Shown: in pieces, positions 1 through 28,055 of the stretch
Position numbering within the stretch: the stretch's first letter is position 1
How the letters are laid out: every line of letters starts with the position of its first letter
Assembly: GCF_009914755.1 (NCBI RefSeq)
Contig: NC_060929.1
Strand: one strand, 5' to 3'
Origin: the human T2T-CHM13v2.0 reference genome, Homo sapiens
DNA: 64,000 bases
Translations under genes and position numbers: made by a program
The notes under the pieces: model-generated
What the model saw: the letters and a program-made list of their open reading frames with translations, nothing else
What the model was told of the DNA's origin: nothing
Database searches by the model: none

Positions 1-470
1 TAGGTTAGTTTACACCAGCATCACCACTAACGTGTGAGTAATGTGATTTACTACGACTTAGGATGGCTATGATGTCACTATGTGATAGGAATTTTAAAGC
101 TCCATTAAAATCTTACGGGATCACTGTCGTATATATGTGGTCCATATCTGACTGAAACTTTTTTTTTTTTTTTTTGAGACAGGGTCTCACTCTGTCACCC
201 AGGCTGGAGTGCAGTGGCACGATCGTGGCTCACTGCAGCCTTGACCTCCTGGGCTCAGGTGATTCTCCCATCTCAGCCTCCTGAGTAGCTGGGACTACAG
301 GTGTGCCCCACCATGCCCAGCTAACTTTTTGTTTTTTTAGTAGTGATGGGGTTTCTCCATGTTGCCCAGGCTGGTCTTGAACTCCTGCACTCTAAGTGAT
401 CCACCCGCCTCAGCCTTCAAAAGTGTTGGATTACAGGCGTGAGCCGCCATTTTTATGTGGTGTGTGACCC
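1..470 (+). mobile_element. 3' end of a Tigger3-type (TcMar-Tigger) element, interrupted near its terminus by an antisense AluJ (about 158-448)
   Basis: aatcttacgggatcactgtcgtatatatgtggtccat..gactgaaac [Alu] atttttatgtggtgtgtgac resembles the Tigger3 3' terminus. Confidence 0.7.
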
Positions 471-1618
471 TCTGTGTGTCCTGGTCATAGAATACACAAA
501 ATATATACTCAATTTCATTAGAGACAGCTAGATAGCTCTCCAAAGTTGTATTAATAGATATTCCCAGTAGCAGTGTTTAAGAGTTTCTGTTTCCATGCAT
601 TCTTGCCAGCATTGAATATTTTTGGACTTTGTAATTTTTGCTAGTCTGATCATAAAGTAGTTTTTCACTGTTTGGATTTTAAATCCCTGATAACCAGTGA
701 GATAGCATCTCTTCTGATATTAATTAAACATTTAGCTCTTCTTTTCTATATATTTTCTGCTTACACCCTTTGTTCACTTTTCTTATATATTTGTCTTGTT
801 GATTCACAAGGGTTCCTTGTATATTCTGTATAATACACCTTTGTTTTAGTTATGTATTAATAACATTTCTTCTCTTAATCTTCACCTTGTTAACCTTGTG
901 TAGGGTATCTTCAATGACTCCATCAATTTCAGTCTTCAGTTCTGATGTAGTATAATTCATTAGGCAGATAGGCTGTGAACTTGATGTATTTTTGTTCTTT
1001 CTCAAGTCTAAAGCTAAAAATTCCCAGTTAATTTCACTTGAGATATTAATGGACAGCACTGAACAAAAGTAAAAGTGTTTAATCTTTCGGGAGTACTGGG
1101 TGGGGACAGGAGACTTACATTTAAAGTTCTAGAAATGTCACTAATGAGCCTGTGACCTTAGAGAAGTCAGTTTATCTCCTTATCTTTTGGCCACAGTGTC
1201 TTGGTCAGTAAAACAAAATACTTAAACTGTGTAGAGAACTGATATGGGTGGCTCCAAGGTGATAGGAAAATTATATTTATTTACTTGTTAACTTATATGG
1301 ACTCACAACTGAGAGAAAAATTATTTTAATGATAAAATGTAGAATAGTGATTAACTGTGGGATTATTACTTGGCATACAGCACATGCATGTTTGAACAAA
1401 TGGGTTTTTATAAATACAATGACAGGCTGAGCTCTTTATAGCAAGAATGAGATTCTTATAAGATACAGCTTTATAGACAGTGATGTCTTCAACCAGTAAA
1501 TGGAAACTACCAATCGAAGATGTCTATATTTGGAGAGAGGACTGATGATCTCTTACACTCAGCAAAAAGTTTTGCCTAACTGCTAGTTATAAATTATAGT
1601 CTGTTAAATTTAATCTAG

Positions 1619-6831
<5,213 letters not shown>

Positions 6832-7037
6832 TAACAAGCAGGAGTTTGCAGGTTTTTTGAAAACTCCAAGCAGAAGTTTGTAGGTCCTTTGAAACTCTTG
6901 AGTAGATTTGATGTTTTAGGAGTAGGGAAGAGAAAGCAAGCAAATAGCTTCTCTCCTTGATGTCACATATATTTTGTTGTGCATTTTTTCCTCCCAAACA
7001 AACCAGTTTTTGACAGTCTGCATGAAGTGTCATAGGG

Positions 7038-7412
7038 CAGGTGTCCCCAGCCCTCAGGCCATGGACCAGTATCAGTCAGTCCGTGGCCTGCTAGGAACTG
7101 GGCCACACTGCAGGAGGTGAGCAGTGGGTGGAGAGTGAGCATTACTACCTGAGGTCCACCTCCTGTCAGATCAGCAGCAGCATTAGATCCTCATAAAAGC
7201 ACAAACCCTGTTGTGAACTGCACATGCAAAGGATCTAGGTTGCATACTCCTTATGAGAATCTCACTAATGCCTGATGATCTGTGGTGGAACAGTTTCATC
7301 CAGAAACCATCCCCCCCTGCCCTTTACCCCTCTTCCACTGCCCTGCCCCATCTGTGGAAAAATTGTCTTCCATGAAACCAGTCCCTGGTACCAAAAAGGT
7401 TGGGGGCTGGTG
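7038..7412 (+). mobile_element. MER1B (hAT-Charlie MITE) with intact 8-bp TSD
   Basis: caggtgtcccc...gggggctggtg termini, MER1-type body; TCATAGGG at 7030-7037 and 7413-7420. Confidence 0.88.
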
Positions 7413-7782
7413 TCATAGGGAATACATCAGTAGCCCTGGTGGTTCTTTTAGCTGAAGGTATTTGGGAAATATATGGAAGCATCTTTAGTCAATCTGTTTG
7501 AGGTATTAATAACGTATAGTGTGCAGGGACAGATATGCTAAACAACCTGTAATGCATGCACAGAAAAGAATTTTCTTGTCCAAACTGCCAGACTTCTGCT
7601 GAGAAACTGAAATGAATCCAGATGTTGCAGTACTCATTTGAATCCAGATGTTGTAGTACACACTAGTATCTTTGGAACCTTCTTGTCTTATGCCAGAAGT
7701 CTTACATTCTTTCACCTTGCTTTAATTTCTTGATCTTTTTGGCCCTGAGTTAACATCAATTGTTGTTGAAACCGTAGACACT

Positions 7783-10861
<3,079 letters not shown>

Positions 10862-10879
10862 TTACAGTGTATTTTAAAA

Positions 10880-11770
10880 CTCTTCATTTTCCTTCCTTTC
10901 CCACCAGGCACTTCTGTGCACAGTACTCACTTATCTAATTGTGCGCTTGCTTAGAAATTCCAGGGGCAATTTTTTGTTGTTTGTTTGTTTGAGACAAAGT
11001 CTTGCTCTGTCACCCAGGTTGGAGTGCAGTGGGGTGATCTCAGCTCACTGTAGCCTCTACCTCCTGAGTTCAAGCGATTTTTCCAGGGGCTAATTTTAAA
11101 ACAAATCAGGCATAGAGATTCAGCTGTGGAATCCTCCTGCTTAGGAGGAGTTACAGATAGTCTACCCCCACCAGGCTAAAGTCAAGATGATGCCAGCTGT
11201 ACCACCGGCTTACTCAAGATAGCCATTGAAACAAGGCATGCAGACTAGGCACAGTGGCTCACACCTGTATTCCCAGCACTTTGGGAGGCTGAGGTAGGCG
11301 AATTACTTGAGGCCAGGAGTTTGAGACCAGCCTGGTCATCATGGTGAAACCCAGCTCTATTAAAAATATAAAAGTTAGCCAGGCTTGGTGGTGCCCGCCT
11401 ATAATCCCAGCTACTTAGGAGGCTGAGGCACAAGAATCGCTTGAGCCCAGGAGGCAGAAGTTGCAGTGAGCTGAGATTGCATCACTGCACTCCAGCCTGG
11501 GTGACAGAGCAAGACTCACATACATACATACATACATACATACATACGGCATGCAGACCTGTACCCTGCTGCACCACTCCCGTATGTTTTTTATACCAAG
11601 TTTTTCTTCTTAAACCCCTTCACTCAGCCCGAAAAAACTGAAATGGTTCCTTTGAGGCTTGAGCTGGGCTATTTTCCCATTTACTAACACTTAAGTAAAA
11701 GCTGCTTTCCTTTTACCACACCGTACTTTGACTGCTGAGTGGCAAACGGCCAAACTTGAGTTGGGTACTT
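10880..11770 (+). mobile_element. ERV1-like solo LTR, split by a truncated antisense Alu (about 10970-11078) and a sense Alu (11246-11547)
   Basis: LTR-like text resumes across both Alus with duplicated targets ttccaggggc and GGCATGCAGAC (11235-11245, 11548-11558); subfamily not determined. Confidence 0.55.
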
Positions 11771-11789
11771 TATTTATCCTGGTGTGGTA

Positions 11790-12665
11790 CCTCTGCTCTT
11801 TGAGCAAGCTGTTGTGGACGTGATAGAGGCTCACTATTCTTTGCCTGCTGCCCTGTGGTAGAGCTTCTGCCGCAGGAGTGGTGCCTGGATGGAAGAAGAG
11901 AGCCCTAGACCTCTAGCTGTGTTTGCCTGGTACAGAATTTCTGCAGCATATAGCTGGGGTGTATGAGAAATACTGGCTGGCTGGCTACCCATTCTGGGGA
12001 GAAACCGTAGCCCTTGGCTGGGAGTTAGGGTGAGAGAGAGCCCTGTGTTCTTGGCTGTTATGTCCCTGGAGTAGAGCTTCCTCACATTGTGGGGTAGGGC
12101 TGGGTTTGTGGCTCAAAAGCCACAGATTCTTACTGTTCCTTCCAAGATTTAGTAATATTTGTCACATAGATGTTTCTGTATTTGCTGTATGCGGTTAAGA
12201 CATTTTCCAGAGACTTTGAGCTTTTTATAATTTTCACCAGTTAGGGTTGTATCCCTGAGGAGAGGGTCTGTGGAGCTACTTATGTCATCATTCCAGAAAT
12301 ATTCTTTCTCTTCTAATTCTTTTAAACTGGAAGTTAGGCCCAGTCTTGATTAGATTAATGTTGACCGTTTTTGATGTTTCAGAGGCGAGGCTGTGGGCTG
12401 CGTATTTCATCATATCAGGAGGCACTTAAGGTCAAGTTGTGTTGTTGTTGTTGATAACTGAATTTACTCTGTTGGTTAAGCTGGCGACTGACGATGGATT
12501 TCTTTATTTTAAAGATTTGTTTCTTCATTACAATTAGCAAGTAATCTGTGGAGTGATACTTGGACACATTGGGAACATTCTGTTCCCCAACAACTGTTCT
12601 TTCATTTAATGGTTTTAGCATGGGTTATTTACCCATGCCTGAATAAATTATTTCACTGTGGGAAC
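11790..12665 (-). mobile_element. Old L1M fragments (5' region plus L1MC-type 3' end)
   Basis: Motifs such as catatcaggaggcac...gtaatctgtggagtgatact...cattctgttccccaacaa typical of L1MC 3' UTRs. Confidence 0.6.
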
Positions 12666-13874
12666 CTTTTTATTTTGGAACACTCTTCTTCGGTTTTTAC
12701 TCTAATTTTGGCACCTTTTTGTTTTTTTTTTTTTTTTTAAAGTCAATCTACTTAAAGTGTTGGCATTTAGTAGACTTGCTGGGGTTATTGTATGTGTGAA
12801 ATGCCCTAAAACTAATGACAAACACAGATAATACAAATATTCTGAAGAACATTGTTATGTATGGCTGAAACTGAAGTCACTGCAGGTCTGATAAATCTGT
12901 TAGTAGCAGGTAAAGATGCTGAGTTTTCTTTTGTTTACTTGTTTCTTTTAAGGAGAATTTTTGTTTCCAACTGTAGGCACGTTCGTATATTGGTTCTGTG
13001 TGGGAGATATACTCTGGGCGCCAACTGGTATGGTAGAAACGTACTTTTCACAATTTGTTTTAACAATAAGAGTAGCTTCCTCTGCCTCTCACCCCAGTAG
13101 CCCACAGATTTTGGGTAGACAACAGAGACTCTTCTGATTCTTATCCTAACAACTACTGCAGTGTCTGGCACAAAATAGGTGCCCCAAAAATGTATGAACT
13201 GAGCTCTTCCCCGCCAGACTGGATGGACTTCTTAGGAGCAAGGATCAAAGCAAGGGGAGGACCTGGATGGGGCAGATACTGGAAGGAGGCAGGGATGGGA
13301 AACTCTAGCAGATTCCACTAGAACAGGAAAAATGGTGAGGGTAAGGATTGCTTTGCTGTGTGCATTTATGTTCTCTGCACAATCTTTGCTCTAGGGGAAA
13401 ATTGCTTTGAGGGTTGGCAGTAGTCAGTGATTTTTTTAGGAATAGCCCAAAGCAAGGCTGTGACTTTTATCTTTATTTCTTTGGTGGAGGGGGTGGGATG
13501 AGGATGAGTTCTGGTAGAGCTTTTTTCCTTTCATATGTTGATAGCAATATATTTATGTTCTTCCTATCCTGCGTCTATTTTTATACCTATATGAAAAGCC
13601 TAGACACCTTATTTTGCCCCATTTGTTCCTGCCCTTTTCTCCAACTTCATTTTCCGCCACTTTCCCCTTTTCTCACTAAGTGTCAGTCATGTTGGCCTTC
13701 TTCAGTTTGTTTCTAATCGCAAGGCCTTTTTTCTAGTTGTTTTCCCCGTCTGAAGCTCTGCCTTCTGATCCTTGCATGGGTTTCTCTTGTCATTCACGTC
13801 TCTCATAAATGTCACTTCTCAGAAGCCTTCACTGAATACCCAGTCTAAAGTGACACACTCAGTTGCAGTCAGTC

Positions 13875-15675
<1,801 letters not shown>

Positions 15676-16909
15676 AATCTTAATCCAACTCTATCAGTAA
15701 CTTGGTATTTTTCAGATTCTAGTTATTAGGCCCTTTTTAAGATGGTACAATGAAATTTTTGTGTTTTTGATTAGCCCTGCTTTACTTACATAGGTTTTGA
15801 AATGGTTGATTTTCCCTAAAAGGTAATCTAGGTCAGATTTCTTGTTGAATCAACATTTGGAATCTTGCCATTTCACTGCAATTTATTTGTAATTATTTTA
15901 ACAAAGGAATTCATTTGCTTTGGCTATATTCTTTATAGGCTAATAACTTTCAGACTTTTACTGTCTGGAACATTCTTCGGTCACAGAGATAGCCACTGTC
16001 ACTAAGCTGTATCAATACAGTACAACGCTATTCCCTGTCACCCCTGCACTGAGAACTTCGACTTATTTTCTGTCAATATTTTTAGCTTTCAATTTTAATC
16101 CTTATATTTTGTACGTGTATATTGTGAATAACTATACATACTTGCTAAGTATAGAATTGTATATACAATTTTGGGGGTGATTAGAAACAGAATCCCGGAG
16201 AATTCAACAAAATCAAGAAATTGTGTGTTTGTTGAATGGCTTCAGCTACATGGTATAGGATTAGATGACCCAGCCCTTAAGATCCTTTCTGACTTAGGTT
16301 TTAGATTTTTGTTTAATAGGTCAGTTTGGCTTTTTTCCCCATAGCATTTCATTTTGTATGTTTCTTAAAATGATTTGGAGATGCACCATTGGTGGCACGT
16401 AAGATGATGTTGGAGAGTACTTTACTAACAAGTCAAAGCAATTCTTTTGCAGTTTTCTTTTCTTCCTTCTGATTTTGTCAAGGATAAAGTTAGGTGTTAC
16501 TTACTGTATGGTTTAATACTTTTATAACACTTATTAATCTCCTTTTTAAAACGAAGACAGAAGACATTATGCTTAGTCTTGGGCACGTAATGGTACTTAC
16601 TCAGAATTTAGAAACTTTGAAGTTTGTGTGTGTATCTCCCCTCCCTCAATTTATTATCTTCTATTTATGGAACAATGAAAGAGAGTTTCCTTTAGGAATA
16701 AATTGATTTAAGCAAAAATAATTTGATTATGAATTTTAAGGATGAGTATGGGGTATACTTAGAAAAGATAGAAAGGCAGAACATGAAGGATTAGATGAAT
16801 GGGAGTAATTCAGAACATGAAAGCTTTTTGTCTCCATTTATTTTACTGTTAATTTTTTATTACTTGTAATACATATTCAAGTATGTTAACTTATCATTGC
16901 CAGGTTTCC

Positions 16910-17047
16910 ATGGATCTCAATAGTGCCAGCACTGTTGTTCTTCAGGTGTTAACACAGGCCACCAGTCAGGATACTGCTGTGTTAAAACCAGCTGAGGAGC
17001 AGTTGAAGCAGTGGGAGACACAGCCAGGTTTCTATTCAGTGTTGCTG
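16910..17047 (+). CDS. IPO11: Importin-11, first coding exon (exon 16904-17047; ATG at 16910)
   Basis: Acceptor ttgccag|GTTTCCATGG, donor CTG|gtaagt; translates MDLNSASTVVLQVLTQATSQDTAVLKPAEEQLKQWETQPGFYSVLL, recognised as the importin-11 N-terminus. Confidence 0.97.
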
Positions 17048-18033
17048 GTAAGTTGTTCTAAAATTGTTTGCTTTTCTTTTTAATAAAATGAGACAACATT
17101 AATTTGTTTTAAAACCCTAGTTTTATTGGTAGTTTAGTGAAATAGATTCAGATGTTTGGCTGCTGATGCCTTTGCCATTATCTTATTACTTTATGACTTC
17201 TTAAGGGTGTTAAATAAATATTTATTGATAAATATAAAAATAAGCTAGGTATATGTAGCATCTGCTCAGAAGGCAAAACTGTGATGATTTTCAGTTTTAG
17301 TACGTTAAAAGTGTCTACTATCAGGACTCTAGGTAGCACTCTTTCATATTTTGTCTTTATCCCTACCCCAGGTAATTTATGTTGTCATAGTTGTTCAGGT
17401 CTCCACATTGCAGCATCAATGTCAGGTGTACCGTGTATTTCACTTTAAAATGTTTTCTTTTCTCATCTAAAAATTTCATTCTCTTGACACAGCTGATGTT
17501 TTCTTGGATATAATGGGAAATGGTATAATTAATTAACAATATGTGCTTTAAATTAACCTTTATTGGAGTTCAAAGTTTTTGACTAATTAATCAAAATTAT
17601 TTTCTCAATGCCAGAATGAAAGAAGTCTTTTTGTGTTGAACACTTTCCTTATACTTTTCTTCTGAGAAATTGAGAACTCTGATTAGTGTTTGAGGTTTAG
17701 CTTCTGGTCAGGGCAACAAAGCTCCCCGTTGGGTTAAAAACTGACTCAGTATTTGTGACCAGGTCATAGAATCAGAGCAAAATTGTTTATTATATCTTGC
17801 AAAATAAAATAAATGATAGCAGTTGTCATATATATTTTAACTTGTTGGCTAAAAAAGTTTGAGTTGTTTGTTAAATTGAAGAAGATATTGTTCATGACAG
17901 TAAGGGAAATTGTTTAAAGTCAGACTTGTTATCCTGAATATAACAAAAAAGATGGCTGTTTGGCTCAGTAACAGAATCGTAAAAAAAAAAAGATTGATTT
18001 TAAAAGATACTAAAGAAAACATCTTATTCTTTA

Positions 18034-22541
<4,508 letters not shown>

Positions 22542-22613
22542 TTATTGTGGGTACATTAATTATACTTTTTACTTATTCCATGCTAATTCTAATATTATGT
22601 TTTTTATTTATAG

Positions 22614-22714
22614 AATATTTTCACCAACCACACTTTGGATATAAATGTAAGGTGGCTTGCTGTACTGTATTTTAAACATGGAATTGATCGCTACTGGAGA
22701 CGTGTAGCACCTCA
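22614..22714 (+). CDS. IPO11: Importin-11 exon 3 (101 nt)
   Basis: tttatag|AATATT...CCTCA|gtaagt; NIFTNHTLDINVRWLAVLYFKHGIDRYWRRVAP(H), importin-beta N-terminal domain motif; phase matches neighbours. Confidence 0.96.
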
Positions 22715-22806
22715 GTAAGTTCCATCACTTCCCCTATTCCTTGAGTATAATCCTTCCCAAATTCAGGAAGGTGTAAGAATACTTGTTTATGTAAAAGGAT
22801 GTGTTA

Positions 22807-22929
22807 GCGCTTACTTCTGCAGCACATATACTAAAATTGGAGCAATACAGAGACGATTAGCATGGTCTCTGTGCAAGGATGATGTGGAGATTTGTGAAGT
22901 GTTTGATATTTAAAAAAAATGCAAAAAAA
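22807..22929 (+). pseudogene. U6 snRNA retropseudogene, near full length, with A-rich tail
   Basis: gcgcttacttctgcagcacatatactaaaattggagcaatacagagacgattagcatgg...gatattt aligns end to end with U6 (GTGCTCGCTTCGGCAGCACATATACTAAAATTGG...) with many substitutions; followed by an A-tract; no Pol III promoter evident. Confidence 0.93.
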
Positions 22930-23011
22930 GTGTTTACTACTGAATAAGTGTTCTATTTAGGTAATGACAAATCAACAGCTATATTATTGTTTTCTTCATG
23001 GTTTTCCATTT

Positions 23012-23013
<2 letters not shown>

Positions 23014-23057
<44 letters not shown>

Positions 23058-23072
23058 GTGCGTGTGCGTGTG
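23014..23072. repeat. (TG)n/(TGCG) microsatellite
   Basis: Direct reading of the sequence. Confidence 0.97.
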
Positions 23073-23551
23073 ATGTTGGCCCTCTGCTTGCAAGGATCAT
23101 GCTGAGTCAGTCATGTTGAACAAAAGCCCTCTGTTTTAGTCGTACCCACTTAAAAGGCTGAGGCAGGAGGATTGCTTGAGCACAGGAGTTTGAGATCATC
23201 CTGGGCGACATGGAGAGACCCCATCTCAAGAAAAAAGAAAGAGAAATATAAGGTTAGGATTTGGAAGAAAAAAAAAGCCATTCAGAAGGAAATCCCAGGT
23301 CAACTCTGAACCAGCTAGGTGTTAATTTCTGAGTCTTATGCATTCTTTCTCTATGGTGGGAATGGAGTAGTATACATTTGTAATCACATTAGTATTCAGT
23401 TATAACTGCTATGTACGTGGTTAACAGATTTAGTAGTTAATTTTACATGTTATATAATCAATGCAAAATCATTGTAGACATGACCCTGGGATTTGTTTGA
23501 TAGAAAATATGGTAGTGAATTTTGCTTAAGAAGTAACATAATCTGTGTTTT

Positions 23552-23566
23552 CCAGTAGATGGCACT
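23552..23566 (+). promoter_or_regulatory. Candidate CTCF motif
   Basis: CCAGTAGATGGCACT fits the CTCF core CCASYAGRKGGCRS; motif match only. Confidence 0.5.
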
Positions 23567-23648
23567 ATAGCTCTCTAAATTCTTAAAAGCCGTAAGACCT
23601 TTTTTCTCAGTCTGAATACTTCAAAATGCATATAAAACATGTCCTTGA

Positions 23649-23928
<280 letters not shown>

Positions 23929-25089
23929 TAGCCAGGATGGTCTCGATCTCCTGACCTGGTGATCCGCCCGCCTTGGCCTCCCAAAGTGCTGGGATTGCAG
24001 GTGTGAGCCACTGTGCCCGGCCGGAGTAATTTTTTACATAGGATTAATTCATAATTTTGGAGAGAAATATGGTAAGTAGTGATGAGAAAATGTGCATTAT
24101 TTGTTTATAGGCAATGGCCCAGCAGCACTTTTCTACTGCTTTGTCCAATTGAATTTTACGTGTCTGCTAAAATTCATTTTGTTTTAGTGGTTATATAAAG
24201 GATACAATTATAAATGCTTGTCTTGGCTGGGCACGGTGGCTCACACCTGTAATCCCAGCACTTTGGGAGGTCGAGGATCACCTGGGGTCAGGAGTTCGAG
24301 ACCAGCCTGCCCAACATGGCGAAACCCCACCTCTTCTAAAAATACAAAAATTAGCCAGGTGTGGTGGCGGATGCCTGTAATCCCAGTTGCTGGGGAGGGT
24401 GACACAGGAGAATCACTTGAACCTGGGAGGTAGAGGTTGCCGTGAGCCAAGAACGTGCCACTGCACTCCAGCCTGGGCGACACAGTGAGACTATGTCTCA
24501 AAAGAGAGAGAGAGAGACATATATATATGTATATATATATAAACATACATATAAATATATATATAAATGATTGTTTTGAAGGGAAAGTAAATTATTAAAT
24601 ATTTCATGTTGTACTTTTACATAATGAATTAGAACCTAGAATTTAGCTTAAATTTAAAAAGTTATGAGATAATTTATACAATATTAGGTAGTTAAATCCC
24701 AAGCTGTCTCTTTTAGTATATATTGAAATAAAAGCTGGAAAGGAGAGGATGCTGGAGCACGAGTGGCAGTTTAGTAATTGAACTTATAAACTTAAGACTT
24801 TTTAAAAAGATGCTTGTTTCTGTACTTATCAGTTTCATTTTATATAGATCCTACTCTTAACCATTTTCACAGAATGAGAATTAACTAACAAGCTTGTTAC
24901 CATTACCATATACATTGCAGTGTATCTGGGTCCTAATTAATTAAATACTGTCCAATTTCTGCTTGACATATAGTTTGAATTCATCTAATGATAACATGCA
25001 TAAAATTAAAGGTGGAATGTTAATTATTATTAGAGAATTGTTAAAGATGTGAATTTTCTTCAGGTTAATGGCTTGTTTCTTTAATATGT

Positions 25090-25484
25090 ATACAATCCCT
25101 GACTTATGGTTGTTTGATTTGATGATTTTTTTTTTACTTCACTATGATGCGAAAACAATATATATGTATTCAGTAGAAACTGTACTTCAAGTGCCCATAC
25201 AACCATTCTATTTTTCACTTTCAATACAGTATTTTTCATTTTCAGTACAGTGTTCAATAAATTAACATGAGATATTTATTACTTTATTATAAAATAGGCT
25301 TTGTGTTGGATGCTTTTGCCCAGCAGTAGGCAAATGTAAGTGTTCTGAGCATGTTTGAGGTAAGTTAGGCTAAGATAATGATGTTCAGTAGGTTAGATAT
25401 ATTAAATAAATTTTTGACTTACAACATTTTGTATTTACTGTGGGTTTTTCAGGTGGTAACCCCATCGTAAGTCAGTATCATCTG
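25090..25484 (-). mobile_element. MER47A (TcMar-Tigger) MITE
   Basis: Ends in aaccccatcgtaagtcagtatcatctg|ta; body matches the reverse complement of the recalled MER47A consensus. Confidence 0.8.
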
Positions 25485-27166
25485 TATTTTTTTTGCATAA
25501 TCTATTTTGATAGATAGTCATTGTACACTTTTATTGTAGTTAGAGTTATGCAAACTGCTAAACCTGGCTCCTTGGCATAAAAGAAAAGTTCAATTACAAG
25601 TTTAAAGCAAAATATTGTAGGAGAACACATTATGTCAGGGGTTTGATAGTAGAAGGGAACTATTAAAGTTGGAAAGTATAGCATAGTCATAAAAGGATTA
25701 GAGAGATCATTTTTAATGACCTGAATGTTTATCTTAATCTTGTTTTCTCATTTGTTTATTAACTTTGAGTAAGTCATTAAGGTTTTAAAATACTTTCTTT
25801 GAAGTGTAATGTATAACAGACTTTAAAACAGTACACAAATGAAGGGTGTAGTTTGAATGTTTATAATGCAAAGACACCTGTGTAACTGCCAGTTGGAACT
25901 AGATAGAACACTTATAGCACTCCAGAAACTTTTACACACATGTGCATTTTATTACTATTTATAGTCACATGTGTGTTCAACTTTAGTAGATATTGTTAAT
26001 TAATTTTCTAGGCTGGTTGTACGAGGTTGCACTTCCACAGCAACATACGAGTGTTTGTATTTGCTCTGCATTCTTATCAGCACTTGGTCTGATCTTTCAT
26101 TTTAGTCATTCTGGTGAGCTTAGTAATTTTAGTTTGCATTTTCTTTATGAATGATGAGTACTTTTTAATGTACTTATTGGTCATTGGGATATCCTCTATT
26201 GTGAAGGGTCTGTTATTTGCACATTTAAAAAAATTGGGTTATCTTATTGATTTATGAGACTTTTATTTTGGATACGAGTCCTTTGTCAAATATACGTATT
26301 ACAAATATCTTCTCCTAGGCCAGGTGCAGTGGCTCATGCCTGTAATCCCAGCACCTTGGGAGGCCGAGGCGGGCAGGTCGCCTGAGGTCAGGAGTTCGAG
26401 ACCAGCCTGGCCAACATGATGACACTCCATCTCTACTAAAAATACAAAAACTAGCTGGACATGGTAGTGTAAGCCTGTACTCCCAGCTACTGAACAGGCT
26501 GAGGCAGGAGAATCTCGAACCTGGGAGGCAGAGGTTGCAGTGAGCTGAGATCATGCCACTGTACTCCAGCCTGGGCAACAGAGCGAGACTCTGACTGCAA
26601 AAAAAAAAAAAATCAACTTTGTGACTTGCCTTTCACTTTCTTCATGATGTCTTTTGATGAACAGAAGCCCTTAATTTTAATGAAGTTTAATTTAATTACC
26701 TTTCTATGATTATTTCTTTTGGTTCATAATTATATATATATATTTTTTTTTAAGAAGACAGGGTTTTGTTCTGTTGCCCAGGCTAGAGTGCAGTGATGCA
26801 ATCATAGCTCAGTGTAACCTCTAACTCCTGGGCTCAAGCAGCCCTTCTGCCTCAGCCTCCTGAGTAGCTGTGACTACATGTGTGTGCCGCCAGTGGCTAA
26901 TTTTTAAATTTTTTTTGTAGAGATGGGGTCTTGCTATGTTGCCCAGGCTAGTCTTGAACTCCTGACTGCAAGTGACCCTCCCACCTTGGCCTTCCAAAAT
27001 GCTGGGATTTACAGGCGTGAGCCAGTGCCCCCAGCCTATTTATGAAATTTTTGCTCAACCTGTGGTCATGAAAATACTCTGTTTTCTACTGAAAGCTTTG
27101 TTTTCCTTTTCTATTTTAGGTGTATGATCTTTCTGGAATTTATTCTTGTACAAGGTGCTTATGTGA

Positions 27167-27421
<255 letters not shown>

Positions 27422-27714
27422 TGATCAGACTGGTCTCGAACTCCTGAGCTCAAGCAGTCCAACTCTCTTGGCCTCCCAAAGTGCTGGTATTACAGTCACC
27501 ACGCCCAGCTAAATTTTGTATTTTTAGTAGAGACAGGGTTTTGCCATGTTGTCCAGGCTGGTATTGAACTCCTGGCCTCAAGTGATCTTCCTGCCTCGGC
27601 CTCCCAGAGTGCAGGGATTACAGGCGTGAGCTACTGTGTCCAGCCTCACACTTTGTTTTCTGTGTGTCTTGTTATTTGTCCCCTTTTTTTTCTTTCTTGC
27701 TTTACTTTGGATTA

Positions 27715-28055
27715 CAGTAGTTTCTTCTTATCTGCAGGTGATAGGTTCCAAGACTCCCAGTGGATGCCTGAAACTGCAGATAGTCCTGAGTCCTTTATTT
27801 AGTATGTTTTTTTTTTCAGTCTGATAACAAGATAGCTACTAGATGTCTAGTGGGCAGGTAGCATGTACAGCATGGGTGTGCTTGACAAAGGAATAATTCA
27901 TGTCCCAGGCCAGACAGGGCAGGACAGCATGAGATTTCATCATGCTATTCAGGATGCTACGCTATTCAAAACCTGTGAATTTTCCATTCCATTCATTGAA
28001 TCTGCTTCATTGATGGTAGATTACTGAAACCATGGAAAGTAAGGGAGGACAACTA
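27715..28055 (+). mobile_element. MER44A (Tigger7-derived) MITE
   Basis: ta|cagtagt...gttccaagactcccagtggatgcctgaaactgcagatagt...gggaggacaact. Confidence 0.8.

Noticed and set aside
1478-1552. GTGATGT...CTGA resembling a C/D box snoRNA
   Set aside because: Box C is imperfect, there is no terminal stem, and I recognise no rRNA or snRNA guide
12618-12638. GCATGGGT-tattt-ACCCATGC hairpin
   Set aside because: An 8-bp stem inside a decayed L1; expected by chance or from quasi-palindrome correction
16883-16909. Upstream in-frame ATG in the ORF track (MLTYHCQVS)
   Set aside because: It lies in the intron's branch-point and acceptor region and is removed by splicing at 16903/16904
22807-22911. Functional U6 gene
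   Set aside because: Many substitutions, an A-tail and no PSE/TATA upstream indicate a processed pseudogene
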